Shown: piece after piece, positions 29,041-38,716 of the stretch
How the letters are laid out: each line of letters starts with the position of its first letter
Position numbering within the stretch: position 1 is the stretch's first letter
Source: Armatimonadota bacterium
Lineage (GTDB): Bacteria > Armatimonadota > Hebobacteria > Hebobacterales > Hebobacteraceae
DNA: 43,234 nucleotides
Reading direction: 5' to 3'
Assembly: GCA_015486155.1 (NCBI GenBank)
Contig: WFSF01000029.1
Coordinates: 1 to 43,234, forward strand
The notes under the pieces: model-generated
Told to the model about the DNA's origin: nothing
What the model saw: the letters and a program-made list of their open reading frames with translations, nothing else
Database searches by the model: none
Program-made: the position numbers and the translations under genes

Positions 29041-29487
29041 CTATGGCGCAGGCAGAAGGGAAGGGTATTTCGCGCGCAACCATTCCAGCACTTCCGCCTT
29101 CAGCTCTCTGGCAAGATCAAGCATCTCGTCGGCATCTTGCTCGGACACGACGCCCACGCGCTCGTATCCTGCTATGTGCCGCTTCCTTCGGAACCTGTTG
29201 AAGACATCAACCTTTTCCACCGACCAGCCGATGGTGAGCGTCAACGATTCGATGACCCAGCGGTGGTGTGCATCGCGCGCCGCTCGATAACCGGCGGCCG
29301 CGAGCGCGGCGGTGGCACACCGGAGTGCTGCATTGTAGGCGATAGCCAGTCGCCAGTCGGGATCGAGTCCTGGAATCTGGCATTGCGCCAGGTCGCGATC
29401 AGCGACAGAGAGCAGGTCTTTGATCTCACGTTTGCTAGGGGTGTGTTGGTGCAGGCGCCCCTGCTCGAGCCAGTCGCTCAAGGTCAT
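29041..29487 (-). CDS. HEPN-domain protein (toxin of an MNT-HEPN pair)
   Basis: ADRDL...AYNAALRCATAALAAAGYR...HHRWVIE...FRRKRHIAGYE; overlaps the MNT gene. Confidence 0.82.
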   Translation of the reverse strand: MTLSDWLEQGRLHQHTPSKREIKDLLSVADRDLAQCQIPGLDPDWRLAIAYNAALRCATAALAAAGYRAARDAHHRWVIESLTLTIGWSVEKVDVFNRFRRKRHIAGYERVGVVSEQDADEMLDLARELKAEVLEWLRAKYPSLLPAP

Positions 29488-30073
29488 CAGCATCTCCAAC
29501 TACGAACAGCTTCGGTTCCGCCATGACGGAAGTCAGGAAGTGGTGTCCCTCTGCGAGCTTCTGGCGGAACTCCGCTTCGGGATAGAGTGTCGGGTTCACC
29601 TCACGCGCAAGCGTCTCCTCAGCCTGGCGCAACGGTGCCACGAGGTCTCGCATGGCCACGTTGCCGACGACCATAAGATCCACGTCGCTCTCGGAGGTAT
29701 GATCCATCCGGGCGACCGACCCATAGACGAAAGCCAACTTGAGGCCGTGCAGGCCAGCGAGATGGGTGCGGAGCACATCCACCACGCCGGCGGTCTTCAG
29801 CACCATGGACGTCAGCTCGCCCAGCACCGGGCAAGCCGGGTTAGGGCTGTAGTAGACTCGGTTCCCCTCACGCTGGGCGCGCAACACTCCCAGATCGGCA
29901 AGGGCCCGGAGAGCGCGCTGGGCCTGAACCAGCCTCAGTCCGGCCAATTGGGCAATCTGTCGCTGGTAGAGACGCGCCTCAGGGCGACCCAGCAACACAG
30001 ACAGCACGGCCGCTCTTTGCCGTCCCAATAGTCCCTCTAGAAGGCGACTGCGCAACACGCTCATCATGACCAC
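29435..30073 (-). CDS. Winged-HTH plus minimal nucleotidyltransferase (MNT) antitoxin
   Basis: N-terminal wHTH (REGNRVYY); AFVYGSVAR...SDVDLMVVG; REVNPTLY. Confidence 0.9.
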   Translation of the reverse strand: MVMMSVLRSRLLEGLLGRQRAAVLSVLLGRPEARLYQRQIAQLAGLRLVQAQRALRALADLGVLRAQREGNRVYYSPNPACPVLGELTSMVLKTAGVVDVLRTHLAGLHGLKLAFVYGSVARMDHTSESDVDLMVVGNVAMRDLVAPLRQAEETLAREVNPTLYPEAEFRQKLAEGHHFLTSVMAEPKLFVVGDADDLERLARAGAPAPTHP

Positions 30074-30107
30074 GTTCCGTAGTCATTCAACCACATTTTG
30101 TGGTCGG
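30066..30107. promoter_or_regulatory. Tandem palindromic operators at the HTH-MNT start
   Basis: ATGACCACG-TTC-CGTAGTCAT directly followed by ACCACA-TTT-TGTGGT. Confidence 0.6.
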
Positions 30108-30290
30108 AATGCAAGGCCAAACTGCGGTGGCACGCGGATCATGCGCCAATGGGACGGCCGCAGGGCGGGAGCAACGGTCTTTTGGATGCTTGTAACTCTT
30201 CCATCGTCATGCAACAACATTCCCCAGTCCCCGGTGTTCTTCCCCTGATCATCACCATCATGGCTTATGCCATGCTCATCGTCATCATCA

Positions 30291-30581
30291 TCACGCCCCT
30301 CCCGCCCCGCGCACGATGACGCGCCTCTCGCTAACCAGCTGGTCGAACACCTCTGCCGACCACTCGTCAACGTCCGGGAAGTGGCCGATGTGGAAGCCCT
30401 TGCGGCGCAAGCGTCGGCGAATACGCGCTCGTTCTCCTCCGTGCTTCCCCGACATCCCATCGAGCAGTGCCCTGATCTCATCGGCCTGCTCCGGCGTAAG
30501 TCGGGGCGGGCCTGCGCTGGACTCACCACTATGGGCCCCATCGTTCCGAAGGCGCCACAAACGATGAATCCACTTACCCAT
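30291..30581 (-). CDS. Small basic hypothetical protein
   Basis: ATG 30581 overlaps the MTase stop, with AAGGAG RBS; LTPEQADEIRALL...RARIRRRLRRKGFHIGHF. Confidence 0.55.
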   Translation of the reverse strand: MGKWIHRLWRLRNDGAHSGESSAGPPRLTPEQADEIRALLDGMSGKHGGERARIRRRLRRKGFHIGHFPDVDEWSAEVFDQLVSERRVIVRGAGGA

Positions 30582-33500
30582 CGTCGCTACTCCTTCCGCC
30601 GGTCTCCCGCCCCATCCGGTACTTGATGTCGTAGTTGATGATGAAATCCAGTTCCTCGTCCGTGAAGCCGTAGTGCTTTGCCAGAACCTGGTCAATCTGG
30701 TCAATGATGGGCTTACACGCTGTGGAGTCAACTGTGTCTATGAGAAGGCCACTCTTTCGCCATTGAGTCATGTGTCTACGCATACATTCATCCAGCCTGC
30801 GCGATAGTTGACCGAGCCTGCGAAGCGAAGCGCTGTCGAACGACGCTATATCCAAGGGGAAGCTGTAGACATCTGACGCGTTGATGTGTCGTCCATCCGA
30901 TGAGGCACAGAAAAAAACATAGTAGGTGGAACTGTTTAGTATAGCATGGAGAGCCGCGGCCGTACGCTCATCCTGCAAGGTCAACTGTTTGACTTCCCCC
31001 CTCACGCGTTCCGCCCCCCCATTTAGTGGCCTTGCTTTTGGGGCGCGAGTGAAGAATTGACAGAAGTAGCCTGGCACGCGTACCCAGAAGATACGGTGTG
31101 GCCCGGCACGTGTCAGCCAAGTTCCTAGTGTCCGCGAGGCATCTATCTTCTTAAGCACCTGGGATGCCTCTGGCGTTCCAATCTTCGCGACACGTCGCAG
31201 AGAGTGCCGAGAATCTCGCTGCGACGGCTGATATCGAATTATGGAGAATAGCGCACGTCTTTCGCCATTCCTTGCATTCCAGCGATAGTACTGGGTCGTG
31301 AACAACGTCCCGTTCTTGTCACGCGGTCGGCTCAGTAGAATCGTGAGTCGGTTCTGCGCACCCGCGAATAGCTGGCCTGGTCTGTTCGAGAAATGCGCCA
31401 GCCATAGTGCCCGTTGAGAATCTGCAGTCACGTCACGCGCTGCCTGGATGCCAGCCGATGATGTGAACGATATAGGGATGATCATCCCCACACAGCCCTG
31501 AGCACGTCTGAGCCCTTCGGATCGTTCAAGCATGAGGCAGAACAAATTGCCACATAACTCCGTCTTGTATCCCCGTACAGTATAGTCATGCTTGACCTTT
31601 GCGTATTCCACATACGGCGGATTCCCGATGACCACGTCGAATCCGCCCCGGCTCATGATCCCGTAGAACTCGACGAACCAGTGGAAGGGTTTGTGGGAGG
31701 TGAGCCAAGCTTCGTAGGCCCGTTTATTGCCGGGGGCGACGCCGTACTCGACAGCGAGGTACCTGTTCAGTTCGCCATCGAGTTCCTCCAGGCGGCGCCG
31801 CAGCTCCGCCTTGTCCTCCGCGGTGACCTCTCCCCCGATCTCCGTCTGCTGTTGGCGGAAGCGGAAGAACAGGCTCTCCAGGTCCTCGGCCTTCTCCTGG
31901 ATCCGCCCCATCACATCGTCGAAGTCCAGCTTGGACCTGATGGCGGTCTGCACATCCTGGTAGGAGGCGAACCCCACCAGCGAGTTGCCGGCCCGGATGT
32001 TGAAGTCGATGTCGGGCAGCGGTTCGATCTTCTCCGCGCTGTCCACCTGCGCGACCAGCTTGAGGAAGAGGCGAAGCTTGCAAATCTCGACCGCCTCCTC
32101 CATGATGTCCACCCCGAAGAGGTTGTTGAGGATGATGGTCTTGAGGACGAAGTAGCGGCGGTTCGGGTGCTGCTCGACCCGCTCCAGGATTTGCCGGAAG
32201 TCCGAGAACTTCCGCGGATGGCGCTTCCCGCCCGACCGCTCCAGGTCGCCGAGGAATGCCTCCATGCGCTCCAGGCAGGCCTCATAGAGGGGCTCCAGGA
32301 TGTTGAGGGCCGCGAAAAGGAAGGCGCCGGAGCCGGAGGCCGGGTCGAGGACGCTTATCTCCTGGAGCGCCAGCCAGAAAGCCCGCAACAGCTCCGGCCC
32401 CTCGCAGTTCTCGATCACATCCTGGATGAACTGGCGGATGTCGAGGTTGTAGGTGATGAGATCGTTGATGTCCCGGATCTCACCCGCAGCGAGTTTGGCA
32501 CGCAGCTCCAGGCAGCGGTTGCGGCGCGCGACGTATTCCCGCCAGGTCTCGGTGGGGAGCGCGAGGTTCTCGCCGTCGGGTCCGGGGATGTGAGCCTCTC
32601 CGAGGTTGTAGCGGCGGTCGAACATGCGCTTCTTGGGGTCGCGCATGCCGGCCTGCACGAAGTCGGGCAGGGCCGACTCCGGGATGACTTCGCCGTCTTC
32701 GCCTATCACGCCGCTGCGGACCGCCGGGTAGATGTAGCGATCGGGATCCTCCTGCAGCAGCCGCCACACGGACTGCTCTCCCTCGAAGGCGATGCGGCAC
32801 TTGCGCCGCGCGGTGTCCAGCAGATGGGGAATCACCGTGTTCTGGCTGATGTAGCCGGTGATGTCCTCCTTGGTATAGTAGGCGCCCATCTGCTTCTGGT
32901 TGATGTACTTCTCGAAGATGTAGCCGAGTACGTCGGGGTTGATCTCGTTGTCCCGGCGGAGAGGGCGCTCGTCGAGGTGCCACTGGTAGGCGTCGAAGAA
33001 GTCGAAGAGCTTCTCGAAGGCGGCGTCCGCGATCTGGATCTTCTCCCCGTACCGCGATTCGATTTGGTGGCGCATGAAGATGCCGCCGTTGAGGTAGGGC
33101 ACCTCCCCGAGGAGCCGACGGGCATGAGGGGAGCGTTCCTCCGGCATCTTGGCAAAACCCTCGAAGAACAGAGGACAGAGAAACTCGCGGTAGAAGCGGC
33201 TCTTGCCCCTGCGCTTACTGTCGGCGAGCTTGTTCCGCAGGTAGTCACGATCACCGTTCAGGAAGCCGCGCTTCTGGATGAAGTAGATGAACATCAGGCG
33301 GTTGAGCATCACCGAGACATACCAGCGCTGCATGTCCTCGTCGGGGATTCCCTTGAGGAACTTCAGGAATGCGTCGTGCTCCGCCTTGAACCGGTCGTAG
33401 AAGCGTTTTGTGACCCGGTCCACGTCGAAGGCCGCCCTGACGCGGCCGGTCACTCCGACCAGCGTGAGGTCCGCTTCCTCGTCCAAGGTGAAGGCGATGG

Positions 33501-33897
33501 CGTCCAGCTTCTGAAGGAGCGACTCGCCGTCCTGGCTGATATGATAGCGGTGCTCACGGCACTGACGCGGCCGCCCGGCCTCGCGCTTGACCCATTGCCA
33601 GACCTGCCTTTCTCTTTCTGCGTCCACGTAGACAATCAGGTGTTCGTGGACCGACTTGGCGATCTGGGCCTCGATCTTGCGTCGTGTGGCATGGTCGGGC
33701 ATGTCAGGGCCAGGGGCGGGACACTCGAAGGCGACCATGCCGCGCTTCTGGGCGATGGCTGAAAGTGTGTACATCTGCCCGTTGAGGGATACTTCGATGG
33801 TCTGGGTGTGCCGATCCCAGCCCAGCTCCTCGACGAACAGGCGTCGCAGGTCGCACTCTCGGAGGAGCTGCTGGCAGCGTTGGCGATCAATCGGCAT
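30574..33897 (-). CDS. Eco57I/type IIG-like N6-adenine DNA methyltransferase with C-terminal TRD
   Basis: VPYLNGGIF, GAYYT, motif I LDPASGSGAF, GVDI, motif IV FDVVIGNPPY, C-terminal HYGFTDEELDFI. Confidence 0.92.
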   Translation of the reverse strand: MPIDRQRCQQLLRECDLRRLFVEELGWDRHTQTIEVSLNGQMYTLSAIAQKRGMVAFECPAPGPDMPDHATRRKIEAQIAKSVHEHLIVYVDAERERQVWQWVKREAGRPRQCREHRYHISQDGESLLQKLDAIAFTLDEEADLTLVGVTGRVRAAFDVDRVTKRFYDRFKAEHDAFLKFLKGIPDEDMQRWYVSVMLNRLMFIYFIQKRGFLNGDRDYLRNKLADSKRRGKSRFYREFLCPLFFEGFAKMPEERSPHARRLLGEVPYLNGGIFMRHQIESRYGEKIQIADAAFEKLFDFFDAYQWHLDERPLRRDNEINPDVLGYIFEKYINQKQMGAYYTKEDITGYISQNTVIPHLLDTARRKCRIAFEGEQSVWRLLQEDPDRYIYPAVRSGVIGEDGEVIPESALPDFVQAGMRDPKKRMFDRRYNLGEAHIPGPDGENLALPTETWREYVARRNRCLELRAKLAAGEIRDINDLITYNLDIRQFIQDVIENCEGPELLRAFWLALQEISVLDPASGSGAFLFAALNILEPLYEACLERMEAFLGDLERSGGKRHPRKFSDFRQILERVEQHPNRRYFVLKTIILNNLFGVDIMEEAVEICKLRLFLKLVAQVDSAEKIEPLPDIDFNIRAGNSLVGFASYQDVQTAIRSKLDFDDVMGRIQEKAEDLESLFFRFRQQQTEIGGEVTAEDKAELRRRLEELDGELNRYLAVEYGVAPGNKRAYEAWLTSHKPFHWFVEFYGIMSRGGFDVVIGNPPYVEYAKVKHDYTVRGYKTELCGNLFCLMLERSEGLRRAQGCVGMIIPISFTSSAGIQAARDVTADSQRALWLAHFSNRPGQLFAGAQNRLTILLSRPRDKNGTLFTTQYYRWNARNGERRALFSIIRYQPSQRDSRHSLRRVAKIGTPEASQVLKKIDASRTLGTWLTRAGPHRIFWVRVPGYFCQFFTRAPKARPLNGGAERVRGEVKQLTLQDERTAAALHAILNSSTYYVFFCASSDGRHINASDVYSFPLDIASFDSASLRRLGQLSRRLDECMRRHMTQWRKSGLLIDTVDSTACKPIIDQIDQVLAKHYGFTDEELDFIINYDIKYRMGRETGGRSSDDG

Positions 33898-33900
33898 CTG

Positions 33901-36900
33901 CTACTTGCCCTCCGGAACGAGTCCCAGGGAACAGATGATCCGGGGCTCGCGGGATTCCTTCTCTTCCTGTATGCGGCAAAGCCGATCCTGGTCGCGCAGG
34001 CTGATGACCAGTTCGGCCAGCGCCTGGTCGGACACCCCCGCCCGCAACTGGCGGTTCAGAGTGTCAACCGCGGACTGCTGGAGCGGGTACCTGTAGATGT
34101 CCTCGATCGCCTTCAGCAACTCTTGCGACTCGAACAACGTCCCCTTGACCTGCTCGGCGTAACTCTTCAATCGCTGGTAGGTCCGGAACCTCGCCCCGGA
34201 GGGGCGGCCGAGCTGGCCTCCGACCGAGTGCTCCTCCTCCGCCACCAGCTCCGCTGCCCGGCGGACCAGGTCGTGGTGGTTATCGCTCCGGGGCACCGGA
34301 GGCGTGTCGGGCTTGCACTCCACCGCCCGGAGAATCTCGATCGGCGACTCGGTTACAGTTCCGCCCTGCTCGTCGAGCCACACCAGGGCATCGTTGTCCT
34401 GATCCGTGCGCAGGTAGGCGATGACTCCCGCAGGAGCCTCCTCTGTGGGCCGGTGCGCGCGGGCGGAATAGACCACTCGCGGCAACTCCGAAACTATCTT
34501 CTCCAGCTTCGGGTCGGCCGCGATGGCGTTGTGCCAGATCTGGTAGGCTTCAGAGCCAAGGTCCACTTCGGTATCGTCGGGGTCATCGGCTATGCCGGCC
34601 TTCTCGTTGTAGAGATCGAGCACGAGCCGCTTGTCCGCTTCGTCCTCGAAGAACGCCTCATCCGTCCCGACCACCTCGCGGTTCTCGCGGAGGCGCCGGC
34701 GAAGCCGCCCGCGCAGGCCGATGATTCTCTCGATCCCTTCGGCAGGGAGGAACGAGTAGCAAAGAATCTGCTCCGCCTTCTGGCCGATCCGATCAACGCG
34801 GCCCACACGCTGGGTCAGACGGATCAGCGCCCAGGGAAGATCGTAGTTGACGACGATGTGGCAGTCGTGGAGGTTGAGCCCCTCGCTGAGGATGTCGGTG
34901 GAGATGAGCACGCGCAGCTCATCGCCAGGCCTGGGCACCTCGTTGGCCTCCGGACTGAATCTCCTGGCGATTCCCACCGGGTCCTCAGTCTGGCCGGTCA
35001 CGCCGGCGAGCTGCTCGATGCCCCGCTGCCGCAGCTGCTCGGTCAGATAGCGGACCGTGTCGGCGAACTGTGTGAAGACGATGACTTTGTCCTGCGCGTG
35101 GTCCTTTGTGAGGAGATCCTCGAGGGCGTTGAGCTTCGCGTCGAGGCCCGGATCCCAGTCTCCGCACTCCTGCAGAATGCCCAGCAACGCGGCCGCGTCC
35201 CCTCGGAGGTCCGCGGCGAGCTGCGCCACGAACAGATCCGAGCGAAGCCATCGGAACCGACGCCTGTACTGGCCCGCGTACTGAGTCTGGTAGATCTCGG
35301 CCGCGCGTCGCCGGAAGTCCTCCTCGGTGCGGAGAGCGACGACTTCAGCTTCCTCGTCGCCATCCTCCTCTACATCATCAAACAAGGCCTTCGTGGCCAG
35401 GTCCTCGTCCTCGGTGCCCGGATCCAGCAGCCCGGCGTCCTGGGTGCCGATGGGGATGTCCAGCCCGTGCTCCACAGCGTGCAGGAAGATGTAGTTCCGG
35501 AGGATGTGGCGTTCGACAGACTGGAGAAAGGCCTGACCGCTGCTTTCGAGACGCTTGAACAGGTTGGTGCGACAGAATCCCATCAGCCTCCGGCCAGCGC
35601 GGGAAAGGTCCCGGAGAATCTTGTCCTCGGCCGGGGTCGGCGGGGCGTGCGGCGAAGGTTCAATGTAGTTGGCGAGGCCGTACCGGGGCAGTTCCAGAGC
35701 GTTGATGGTGTCAACGACCTCCGGTGCGTACAGCCTCGCATATTGGTCGTTGGGGTCGGCATCGTTGATCGTGAAGGGAACCTTCCTGGGCTCACGCTCG
35801 GGGAAGTAGGCCCGTCCTCCGTCCTCGAGGGCAAGGTACTTGCGGCCGGTTTCCGGGTCGGTGAGTGCGTAGTTGTCCTTGATGAAGGTGCGCGAGCGGC
35901 GCACCATGTAGAGGCGCATCAGGTTGCGCCAGTCGTCGGCGTAGGGGCTGTGTTCGAAGGCGGCGAGAGAGCGCATCGGACACTGGTGCAGCCGCAGGAA
36001 TTCGGTCTCGCCCAATTCTCTCAGCAGTCGTTCCGGGCGTATGCCCAGGTCTTGATCCTCGGGGATGAAAAGGCGAAGCTGGTTTGAGAGGTCTACATAT
36101 GTCTTGTTGTACGGGGTGGCGGACAAGAGAATGACTCGGCTTTCGTTCCTCGCGATGTAGTCCTGAATCGCGCGGAAGCGCCTACCCTCGCGATTGCGCA
36201 GGTTGTGGCTCTCATCTATGATGACGATCCGGTAGCGTCGCAGCTCCGGCAGCTCGTTCAGCACCCGGGAAATCGAGAGCACCTCCCCCCGCAGCCGGTA
36301 CTGATGGACATAGTCCTTCCACATCGAGACTAGGTTCTTGGGACAGATGATTAGGGTCTCGAGTCCGTGGTCGTCCTCCAGAATCTTCGCCACCGCGGTG
36401 GCCATCAGCGTCTTGCCCAACCCGACCACATCGCCAATGAATACCCCGCCCCGCCTGTTGACGTGGTGGGCGGCAATCTTCACCGCGGCGACCTGGAAGC
36501 GAAAGAGCCGGTTGCCGAACTCGCGCGGGATGCGAAACTCCGCCAGCCCGGCCCTCGCCTCGCGCGACAGGTGGTAGGCGATCTTCAGGTAGATGTGGTA
36601 TGGCGGAATCAGCTCCTCGCGCGCCCAACTCTCGTCAATGATGGCGGCCAGCTCGTCGGAGATGTCCACACACCAACGGTCGTTCCAGCGATCCTCGAAC
36701 CATCGCGCAAGCTTCTCACAGGCATCGCCGTCCATGACGTCTACATTGAGCTCGCCCTGCTTCGCGAGTCCCGCCAGGGTCAGGTTGCTGCTGCCGAGGT
36801 AGGCGACGGCGGGATTGATGGGATCGGGCCGGAAGAGCAGATACAGCTTCGCGTGAAGCGGATGGCGCAGGAACAGCTTGACCACCACCTTGCGGGCCTT

Positions 36901-37269
36901 GATCTGGGCCGCGAGGCGACGCAATCCGCGCTCGTCTTCATTGGTGGGCGCGCCCACCGTCAGCTGATCACGGAACTCCTGCGCCAGCCGCTGTCTCAGA
37001 CGGAGAGCGGTCTGATTGTCTATCCCGCCGCTATTGGCGCTCAGGCGCATCGCCTCGCGCAGCTCATCCTGTGGGAGGCGCTGCATCCCCACCAGTAGCC
37101 GACAGCAGTTGCCCTCACCTCCACCCCATCGCTCGATGTACTCGTCGAGCTGCTTCCAGCCGCGCAGGTTGAAGTAGCCCACGCAGAAGTCCGCCCGCTC
37201 GGAGACCTGGATCGTCTCCTGAAGCGCTCTCAGCAGGTGCAGGTCAATGTTGTCGAAGATGTGTGGCAT
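33901..37269 (-). CDS. PLD (HKD) nuclease fused to a SNF2-type superfamily-2 helicase
   Basis: VGYFNL, LHAKLY...GSSNLT...ELN; GDVVGLGKT, DESHN, LSATP, SEGLNL, QRVGRVDRIG. Start ATG 37269 (MPHIFDN). Confidence 0.92.
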   Translation of the reverse strand: MPHIFDNIDLHLLRALQETIQVSERADFCVGYFNLRGWKQLDEYIERWGGGEGNCCRLLVGMQRLPQDELREAMRLSANSGGIDNQTALRLRQRLAQEFRDQLTVGAPTNEDERGLRRLAAQIKARKVVVKLFLRHPLHAKLYLLFRPDPINPAVAYLGSSNLTLAGLAKQGELNVDVMDGDACEKLARWFEDRWNDRWCVDISDELAAIIDESWAREELIPPYHIYLKIAYHLSREARAGLAEFRIPREFGNRLFRFQVAAVKIAAHHVNRRGGVFIGDVVGLGKTLMATAVAKILEDDHGLETLIICPKNLVSMWKDYVHQYRLRGEVLSISRVLNELPELRRYRIVIIDESHNLRNREGRRFRAIQDYIARNESRVILLSATPYNKTYVDLSNQLRLFIPEDQDLGIRPERLLRELGETEFLRLHQCPMRSLAAFEHSPYADDWRNLMRLYMVRRSRTFIKDNYALTDPETGRKYLALEDGGRAYFPEREPRKVPFTINDADPNDQYARLYAPEVVDTINALELPRYGLANYIEPSPHAPPTPAEDKILRDLSRAGRRLMGFCRTNLFKRLESSGQAFLQSVERHILRNYIFLHAVEHGLDIPIGTQDAGLLDPGTEDEDLATKALFDDVEEDGDEEAEVVALRTEEDFRRRAAEIYQTQYAGQYRRRFRWLRSDLFVAQLAADLRGDAAALLGILQECGDWDPGLDAKLNALEDLLTKDHAQDKVIVFTQFADTVRYLTEQLRQRGIEQLAGVTGQTEDPVGIARRFSPEANEVPRPGDELRVLISTDILSEGLNLHDCHIVVNYDLPWALIRLTQRVGRVDRIGQKAEQILCYSFLPAEGIERIIGLRGRLRRRLRENREVVGTDEAFFEDEADKRLVLDLYNEKAGIADDPDDTEVDLGSEAYQIWHNAIAADPKLEKIVSELPRVVYSARAHRPTEEAPAGVIAYLRTDQDNDALVWLDEQGGTVTESPIEILRAVECKPDTPPVPRSDNHHDLVRRAAELVAEEEHSVGGQLGRPSGARFRTYQRLKSYAEQVKGTLFESQELLKAIEDIYRYPLQQSAVDTLNRQLRAGVSDQALAELVISLRDQDRLCRIQEEKESREPRIICSLGLVPEGK

Positions 37270-37759
37270 GCGGGCTCGAACTCCCCTCGACCAGGATGGC
37301 CAACACGGCCAATGCGCCGCGGTCGCCATCCGGCCGGCTGAGCCTTTGTTCGACGAAACCTGGCCTGCGACCTCCCATTCAGGGACATCCCCAGCTCGTA
37401 GCCGGCGTGCACTTCGCTCTCCCAGACGAGCACCATGTCGCTGAGGAGTCTCGCCAAGCTCAGGTTCGCACTATCACCAGTTCCCGCCTCTTGGTGGCGA
37501 GAGGGCCGCGGATGGAGACCGTGAGCATCTCACGGTGCGCCAACTGTGCCTGTGGTGGAAGTGCAGCGGTCAGGTGGCATTGTCCTCGCCTGACTGCTCT
37601 CCGCCTCCCCCGCGCCGTGTGGGGCGCGGCACTTCGGCCATCTGTCCGCTCTGCCGCCCCGAGAAACGCCTTGACTTCCCCTCGAACATCCTCCCTCATG
37701 TCCTATCGGAAGTTCACCCGCGCCTGGCGGATTGGCAAGAACGCACAGAGGAGGCGGAG

Positions 37760-38659
37760 ATGGCGAGAAAGCGACAGGCAAGAAGGTCGCACGAGCACGA
37801 ACTGCTGGAGGAGTTTCTGGGAGCGCTGACACTGGAGGGGCGGTCACCGCACTCGGTGCGGGCCTACCGCAAAGATCTGGAGGCGCTGCTGGCGGCCTTG
37901 GCCGGGCCGCTCAGCGAGGTGCGCCCTCGGGATCTGCGGGAGCATTTCCGCCAGCAGCTCACAGCCGGCCGTTCCCCCTCCACCATCAACCGCGCCATCG
38001 CCGCCTGCCGCTCCTTCTGCCGCTTCCTGTTCGAGGAGGGCCGGCTGGACACAAACCCCGCCCAGGCCCTGCGCTCCATCCGTCTGGGCCCTCCGCTGGC
38101 CCCCAAGCACCTGACCGTGGACGAAGTGCGCAAGCTGTTGTCCCTGCCCGATACCGCCGCCCCCACCGGCCGGCGCGATTTCGCCATCCTGATGCTGCTT
38201 TACAACACCGGCCTGCGGGTGGGAGAGCTGTGCGCTCTGAACCGAGCGGACGTCCGCCTACCCGCGGAGGGCTGGGGAGCACTGCAGGTGGTGGGCAAGG
38301 GGAGACGCCTCCAGCGCCTCCCCGTAAACCGTCCCGCCGCCGATGCGTTGCTGGCCTATCTCGCCGATCGGGATGACAGTGAGCCGGCCCTGTTTCTCAA
38401 TCGCAGCGGAGGCCGGTTCTCTGTCCGCGGGATCGCATTGTTGGTAAACCGCTACCTCCGAGCGGCAGGCATCACCGACCGCTCCGGCCCCCACCTGTTG
38501 CGTCACACCTTCGCCACCCATGCTCTGCGCGTCCGGCCCAATCTCCGTGCCGTGCAGGAGCTGCTCGGCCACGCCTGGGTCACCACCACCCAGCGCTACA
38601 CCCACCTGGAGCTGGAGGACCTTCAGGCCCAGGTGGCGGAGCTGCCGGCGAATACCTGA
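37760..38659 (+). CDS. XerC/XerD-like tyrosine recombinase
   Basis: GLRVGEL, VGKG, HLLRHTFATH, LLGH and TQRYTH catalytic residues; GGAGG RBS. Confidence 0.95.
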   Translation: MARKRQARRSHEHELLEEFLGALTLEGRSPHSVRAYRKDLEALLAALAGPLSEVRPRDLREHFRQQLTAGRSPSTINRAIAACRSFCRFLFEEGRLDTNPAQALRSIRLGPPLAPKHLTVDEVRKLLSLPDTAAPTGRRDFAILMLLYNTGLRVGELCALNRADVRLPAEGWGALQVVGKGRRLQRLPVNRPAADALLAYLADRDDSEPALFLNRSGGRFSVRGIALLVNRYLRAAGITDRSGPHLLRHTFATHALRVRPNLRAVQELLGHAWVTTTQRYTHLELEDLQAQVAELPANT

Positions 38660-38716
38660 GCAGTGGCCTGGCGGTGTGGTCAGGCCGTAGAGGACGAGGG
38701 CCTGCGGCCCCCCGTC

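Noticed and set aside
31588-36087. 724-aa and 759-aa plus-strand ORFs
   Set aside because: Antisense shadows of the MTase and the helicase.
30574-37269. DISARM or BREX call
   Set aside because: Core partners (DrmA, DrmB, PglZ, BrxC) are absent from the window.
37270-37759. Small ORFs between the helicase and the recombinase
   Set aside because: No recognisable motifs; more likely a divergent promoter region or decayed sequence.
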